Assembly: GCA_031409655.1 (NCBI GenBank)
Contig: JANNXQ010000268.1
Coordinates: forward strand, 1 to 10,846
Reading direction: 5' to 3'
Source of the DNA: Chthoniobacteraceae bacterium
GTDB taxonomy: Bacteria; Verrucomicrobiota; Verrucomicrobiia; Chthoniobacterales; Chthoniobacteraceae
DNA: 10,846 bases
Below, piece by piece: positions 7,002 through 10,846 of the stretch. Every line of letters starts with the position of its first letter. Position 1 is the first letter of the stretch. The position numbers and the translations under genes are program-made. The notes under the pieces are model-generated. The model saw only the letters and a list, made by a program, of their open reading frames with translations. It searched no databases and was not told the DNA's origin.

Positions 7002-9890
7002 ATGAGGCTCCCCACATTGCCCGCCACCCACCTCTTTTCACTCGCGGCGACGCTGCTCGCCAGCACGGCCAGCGCGCTCACGCCGACGACGAACTTCGAC
7101 GCATCCGTGCCGCTGCTGGCGGCGGGCGTGGCGATCGACCTCGGCGGCGCGGGCGCGAATGTCCATGCGGTGCCGCGCATTGTGAGTTGGAATGCGGACG
7201 CGGTGGCAGACCTGCTCGTCTTTGCCGGCGATGGCTACGTGTGGCTCTACTTCGGGAGTGGGCCGGCTACGTCCATGAACTTTCAGGCGGGCGCGAAGGT
7301 GCAGTTCACCAATGCGACGGACATCCGCATCGGCACGGGCTACACGGGCGGTGCCTTTGTCGATGTGACCAATGACGGAAAGCCGGACCTCGTCGTCGCG
7401 GGCGCGGATCGTCGAGTGCGGTTGCTCGCCAACTCGGGCGTGGCGGGCGCGCCGGCCTTCGTCAGCGCGGTCAATGCACAGGGCGCGTCGGGCGACTTTC
7501 TGCTGCCGGCGAACTGCGGCAGCCGCATCGACGTGGTGGATTGGAATGCCGACGGCCTGCTCGATCTGCTCGCGGGCAACTTCGACGGCTCGATCACGTT
7601 CTTCGCCAACACCGGCACCGCGACTGCGCCGCGCTTTGCCGCCGCGGGCGTGCCGCTCTCGGTGAATGGCACGCCGATCGACGAGCCCTACAACACGCAT
7701 CCGCGCGCCTTCGATCTGAATCAGGACGGCATCCCCGATCTCGCCTACGGAGTGAACTGGCACTACTTCCAGCTCTGCCGCCGCGATTCCGCGACGACGA
7801 ACGATCTCGCCGTCCGCCTCAACGCAACCGACGCGACCGGCGCGGACATCAATCTGCGCACCGCGAATGGCGACGACGCGACGCCGGACTTCGCGGACCT
7901 CAATGGCGACGGCGTCGTCGATCTCGTCGATGGCGGGTTGCAGGGGAAAGTGGTCGTGCTCTACGGCCGGCCCTACACGACGTGGACGGCGCGCATCGAG
8001 CAGACCATGGCCGCACATCCCGCCGATCTCGGCGCGACGATGGCGGCGGATACGGCGCTGCGCGACGAGCTGTTCGGCCTGCACTGGGCGCTGCGCGATT
8101 TCACCGCGCAGCTCCAGCCCGCGCTCAGCGTGCGCACGGCGGTCCGCGATTGGTATGCGGCGCACATCGCGGCGTATCCGCAGTACCTGCCGTGGGTGCA
8201 GCGGAATAAGAACACGCAGCAATTCGTGCCGTCGCTCGCGGGCCAGTGCTGGGTGAATCTCTACGAGTGCATGCCCGACAGCGCGGCGCATCGCACCTTC
8301 GTCACCGACACCATCGGCTCCACCGGCTGGCATCGCTCGCTGATCACGGACCTCGCGACGATCTTCATCGAAAACCACACCGCGAGCACCGCGCAGACAA
8401 AGGCGCTCTACGACATCCAGGCCTCAATGCCGGCGGCGTATCGCGTCGTCGAGCGCATCACCATCCGCGATTTCCTCGTGCCCACCGGCGCGACTGGCGA
8501 GCCGGGGACCAAAGCCAGGACCGGCGTGAACATCTTTGGCATCGGCGTCGGCGGCGCGTCGGAAGGCTTTCCCGCGGATGTGCCACAGTCGCTCATCGAC
8601 ACCTACTGCGTGGCGATCGCGCACGAGTTGAATCACAACGTCGAGGCGCCAGCGGGCGGGATTTTTCCGACATGGTACTACCCGCGGAAAAGCGAACTGC
8701 TGAAGCAGGCGTCGCCCGCGATCTATGTGTGGACGGCCAATGCGAACGGCACCTGGACGTGGAATGTGAGTGCGACGCAGGCGGCGTTTCAGGCTGGCGG
8801 CTACTGGGACGGCACCAGCGCGAATTGGGCGACCGCCTTAACCAACTACTGGAACACCGGCCCGGCGGCGGGTTACAACAAGCGCTGGTGCCGGGATAAC
8901 TTGAAGTTCTGCATCGAGGCGCCGCAGGAGGCTTTTGCCACGCTTTCCAATCAATACTTCGACAGCAGCAAGACGATGCTGCAGCTCGCCCTGAATCGCT
9001 ACGGCGCGGGCAACCGCTATCCAATCAACCAACTCCTCTGGTTCGCCGAAACCTTCGCGCTCGGCACCGCGAACACCTTCTTCTGGCGCATCGACACGGC
9101 GGCGAATGTGACGCGCACGACGATCCCCGTGCGCCGCGGAGCGGGCGGCCACGTCAGCGGGCTCACGGTGGAGGGGAAGGACTACGACTTTGCCATCGCG
9201 GTGAATGGCGACGTGCTCGCGACCATCCCGCGTTTCGTCCAGAGCACGATCCCGAAGCCGCGCGGCATCGCCACGCGCGGCTACTCCGCGAGTGTCGCCG
9301 TGGGCGAAGTGTTCGATCCGAATCCGACGGCGACCTTCACCTTCTCGAAAGTCTCCGGCCCCGCATGGCTGAATGTCGCGGCCAGTGGCGCGCTCTCCGG
9401 CACGCCGCCAAATGGCAGCGCCGGCGCGAATACTTTCACCATCCGCGTGACGAATGGCGAAGGGCAGACCGGCGACGCCACCTTGCAGATTCCGATCATC
9501 ACGCCCTTCACGGAATGGCAGGAGCAGCAGTTCCCCGGCGGCGGCGCAAATGCGGGCGCGCTCGCCGACCCGGATCGCGACGGGTTGTTTAACGTGGTGG
9601 AATTTGCCGTCGCTTCCGCGCCGAACGCCCCGTCGCTCAGCCCCATCGTCGTGGACGCCGTGACCATCGGCCCTGGCCGATTCCTGCGCCTCACCCTCCC
9701 GAAGAATCCCGCCGCCGGCGATGTAGAATACAGCGTGGAAGCAACGAGCGGTCTGGGCTCCGGCAATAGTTGGAGCGGCGCGGGCCTCATTTTCCTGCAA
9801 GACACCGCGACCACGCTGCAAATGCGCGACAGCGTGCCGCTGGGCGCGAGTACGATTCGTTTTGTGCGCTTGAAGGTGACGTTGCTGTAA
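7002..9890 (+). CDS. Secreted multidomain protein: FG-GAP/VCBS repeats + putative zincin metallopeptidase + He_PIG/Ig-like + verrucomicrobial-type C-terminal domain
   Basis: Signal peptide ...LAATLLASTASA. Five DxNxDGxxDL-type repeats. HELNH at 8622-8636 and EAFA starting at 8928. Ig-like segment KVSGPAWLNVAASGALSGTP...FTIRVT. C-terminal DPDRDGLFNVVEF...YSVEAT...W...RFVRLKVT. Confidence 0.88.
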   Translation: MRLPTLPATHLFSLAATLLASTASALTPTTNFDASVPLLAAGVAIDLGGAGANVHAVPRIVSWNADAVADLLVFAGDGYVWLYFGSGPATSMNFQAGAKVQFTNATDIRIGTGYTGGAFVDVTNDGKPDLVVAGADRRVRLLANSGVAGAPAFVSAVNAQGASGDFLLPANCGSRIDVVDWNADGLLDLLAGNFDGSITFFANTGTATAPRFAAAGVPLSVNGTPIDEPYNTHPRAFDLNQDGIPDLAYGVNWHYFQLCRRDSATTNDLAVRLNATDATGADINLRTANGDDATPDFADLNGDGVVDLVDGGLQGKVVVLYGRPYTTWTARIEQTMAAHPADLGATMAADTALRDELFGLHWALRDFTAQLQPALSVRTAVRDWYAAHIAAYPQYLPWVQRNKNTQQFVPSLAGQCWVNLYECMPDSAAHRTFVTDTIGSTGWHRSLITDLATIFIENHTASTAQTKALYDIQASMPAAYRVVERITIRDFLVPTGATGEPGTKARTGVNIFGIGVGGASEGFPADVPQSLIDTYCVAIAHELNHNVEAPAGGIFPTWYYPRKSELLKQASPAIYVWTANANGTWTWNVSATQAAFQAGGYWDGTSANWATALTNYWNTGPAAGYNKRWCRDNLKFCIEAPQEAFATLSNQYFDSSKTMLQLALNRYGAGNRYPINQLLWFAETFALGTANTFFWRIDTAANVTRTTIPVRRGAGGHVSGLTVEGKDYDFAIAVNGDVLATIPRFVQSTIPKPRGIATRGYSASVAVGEVFDPNPTATFTFSKVSGPAWLNVAASGALSGTPPNGSAGANTFTIRVTNGEGQTGDATLQIPIITPFTEWQEQQFPGGGANAGALADPDRDGLFNVVEFAVASAPNAPSLSPIVVDAVTIGPGRFLRLTLPKNPAAGDVEYSVEATSGLGSGNSWSGAGLIFLQDTATTLQMRDSVPLGASTIRFVRLKVTLL

Positions 9891-9971
9891 GGAAAAAACG
9901 GGCCTGAGGAGCGGCGAGGATTCTTGTTCCCAGCTCTGGAGCGCATCGCTATTCCTCTTGCCCGCCTCCCC

Positions 9972-10649
9972 ATGTTTCCGCCCAGCGACTATCTCGATCT
10001 CAATCACACCGAGCACCGGATGCTCTTCGAGAATGCAACCAATGCCTGGGATGCGCTCAAGCAGATCACCAGTTATCTCCAGTTTCGGCTCAAGCCGGCG
10101 ATCCACGGGCGGCTGATCGGCAAGCCGTTCATCAGCGGAGCGGTCTTTGTGGGGAAAGGCGCCGTCATCGAGCACGGCGCGATGATCAAGGGTCCGGCTT
10201 GGATCGGTGAAGGCTGCGAGATTCGCAATGGCTGCTACATCCGCGAGAACGTGATCGTCGGCGCGGGCTGCGTGCTGGGGAATTCGAGCGAGTTTAAGAA
10301 CTGCATCATCTTCGACGAAGCGCAGATCCCGCATTTCAACTACGTGGGCGACTCGATCATCGGCTACCGCGGCCACCTCGGCGCGGGCGTGATCCTCTCG
10401 AATGTGAAGCTCGATAAAAGCGAGGTCACGGTGCCGACGGTGAAAGGGCTGATCCCGACTGGGCTGAAAAAATTCGGTGCGATCGTCGGTGACCGCGCGG
10501 AGATCGGGTGCAATTCGGTGATCAATCCCGGGTCACTCATCGGGCGCGATTCGATCATCTATCCCGGCACGGTCTGGCGCGGCGTGGTGCCTGCCGGGAG
10601 CGTGGTGAAGACGCGCCAGCAACACCAGATCCTCGCCCGGAAAGGGTAG
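9972..10649 (+). CDS. Left-handed beta-helix acetyltransferase, similar to the C-terminal domain of archaeal-type GlmU; probable hexosamine-1-phosphate acetyltransferase
   Basis: Hexapeptide repeats (GAVFVGKGAVIEHGAMIKGPAWIGEGCEIR), GNSSEFKN, HFNYVGDSIIG and KFGAIVGD.AEIGCNSVINPG. There is no N-terminal nucleotidyltransferase domain. Confidence 0.88.
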   Translation: MFPPSDYLDLNHTEHRMLFENATNAWDALKQITSYLQFRLKPAIHGRLIGKPFISGAVFVGKGAVIEHGAMIKGPAWIGEGCEIRNGCYIRENVIVGAGCVLGNSSEFKNCIIFDEAQIPHFNYVGDSIIGYRGHLGAGVILSNVKLDKSEVTVPTVKGLIPTGLKKFGAIVGDRAEIGCNSVINPGSLIGRDSIIYPGTVWRGVVPAGSVVKTRQQHQILARKG

Positions 10650-10654
10650 GCGAC

Positions 10655-10763
10655 AGGCCGTAGCTTCCGCGTTTCGTGCGATCTTGCCTTCAAGGAGCCG
10701 GGGCGCCCTCGCCCCGAGTTGCTCCACGGGGCGAAGGCGCCCCTTGCCCTTGGCTACCGGCCT
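10655..10763. repeat. Nested GC-rich inverted repeat between convergent genes (REP-like or bidirectional hairpin)
   Basis: Inner stem GGGGCGCCCTCGCCCCG (10700-10716) vs CGGGGCGAAGGCGCCCC (10727-10743), 16/17 matches. Outer pair AGGCCGTAGC (10655-10664) vs GCTACCGGCCT (10753-10763). Confidence 0.7.
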
Positions 10764-10845
10764 AGGAAGAGGCGCCGACTTCCACCGCCGCGAGGTTCTT
10801 TTCCTCGAATTCCTTGCACCAGCCTTTGATTTCGGTGTCGTTGAA
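10762..10845 (-). CDS. 3' end of an unidentified convergent gene
   Basis: Reverse frame reads ...FNDTEIKGWCKEFEEKNLAAVEVGASS* with genome-typical codons (TTC AAC GAC ACC GAA ATC). The stop is next to the intergenic hairpin. Confidence 0.7.
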   Translation of the reverse strand, partial: FNDTEIKGWCKEFEEKNLAAVEVGASS

Positions 10846-10846
10846 A

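Noticed and set aside
9924..9935. TTGTTCCCAGCT resembles TTGTTCCCAAGCT at 875-887
   Set aside because: The match is too short to distinguish from chance without a genome-wide search.

Overview
GC-rich bacterial window, probably from a Verrucomicrobium (Chthoniobacter-like). That assignment is inferred from the SD-less gene starts and the C-terminal domain of the large secreted protein. It is mostly a + strand housekeeping run: 3' end of frr, a Cys-less redoxin-fold exported protein, a YfcE-type metallophosphoesterase, yicC-gmk-coaC (no rpoZ, coaC stand-alone), suhB-ispF-cysS, a ~960-aa secreted FG-GAP/zincin/Ig protein, a stand-alone LbH (GlmU C-terminal-like) acetyltransferase, and the 3' end of a convergent gene. 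The ORF track misses a 41-aa Lys/Ala/Pro histone-H1-like microprotein gene (4049-4174). It has its own candidate promoter, an ~80-nt leader, the only strong Shine-Dalgarno in the window and a perfect-hairpin terminator. Other notable items are a nested palindromic MITE/REP-like element (849-1020), a 7-nt tandem repeat inside cysS, and a second nested hairpin element between the last two convergent genes. No CRISPR array, tRNA, rRNA or transposase was seen.
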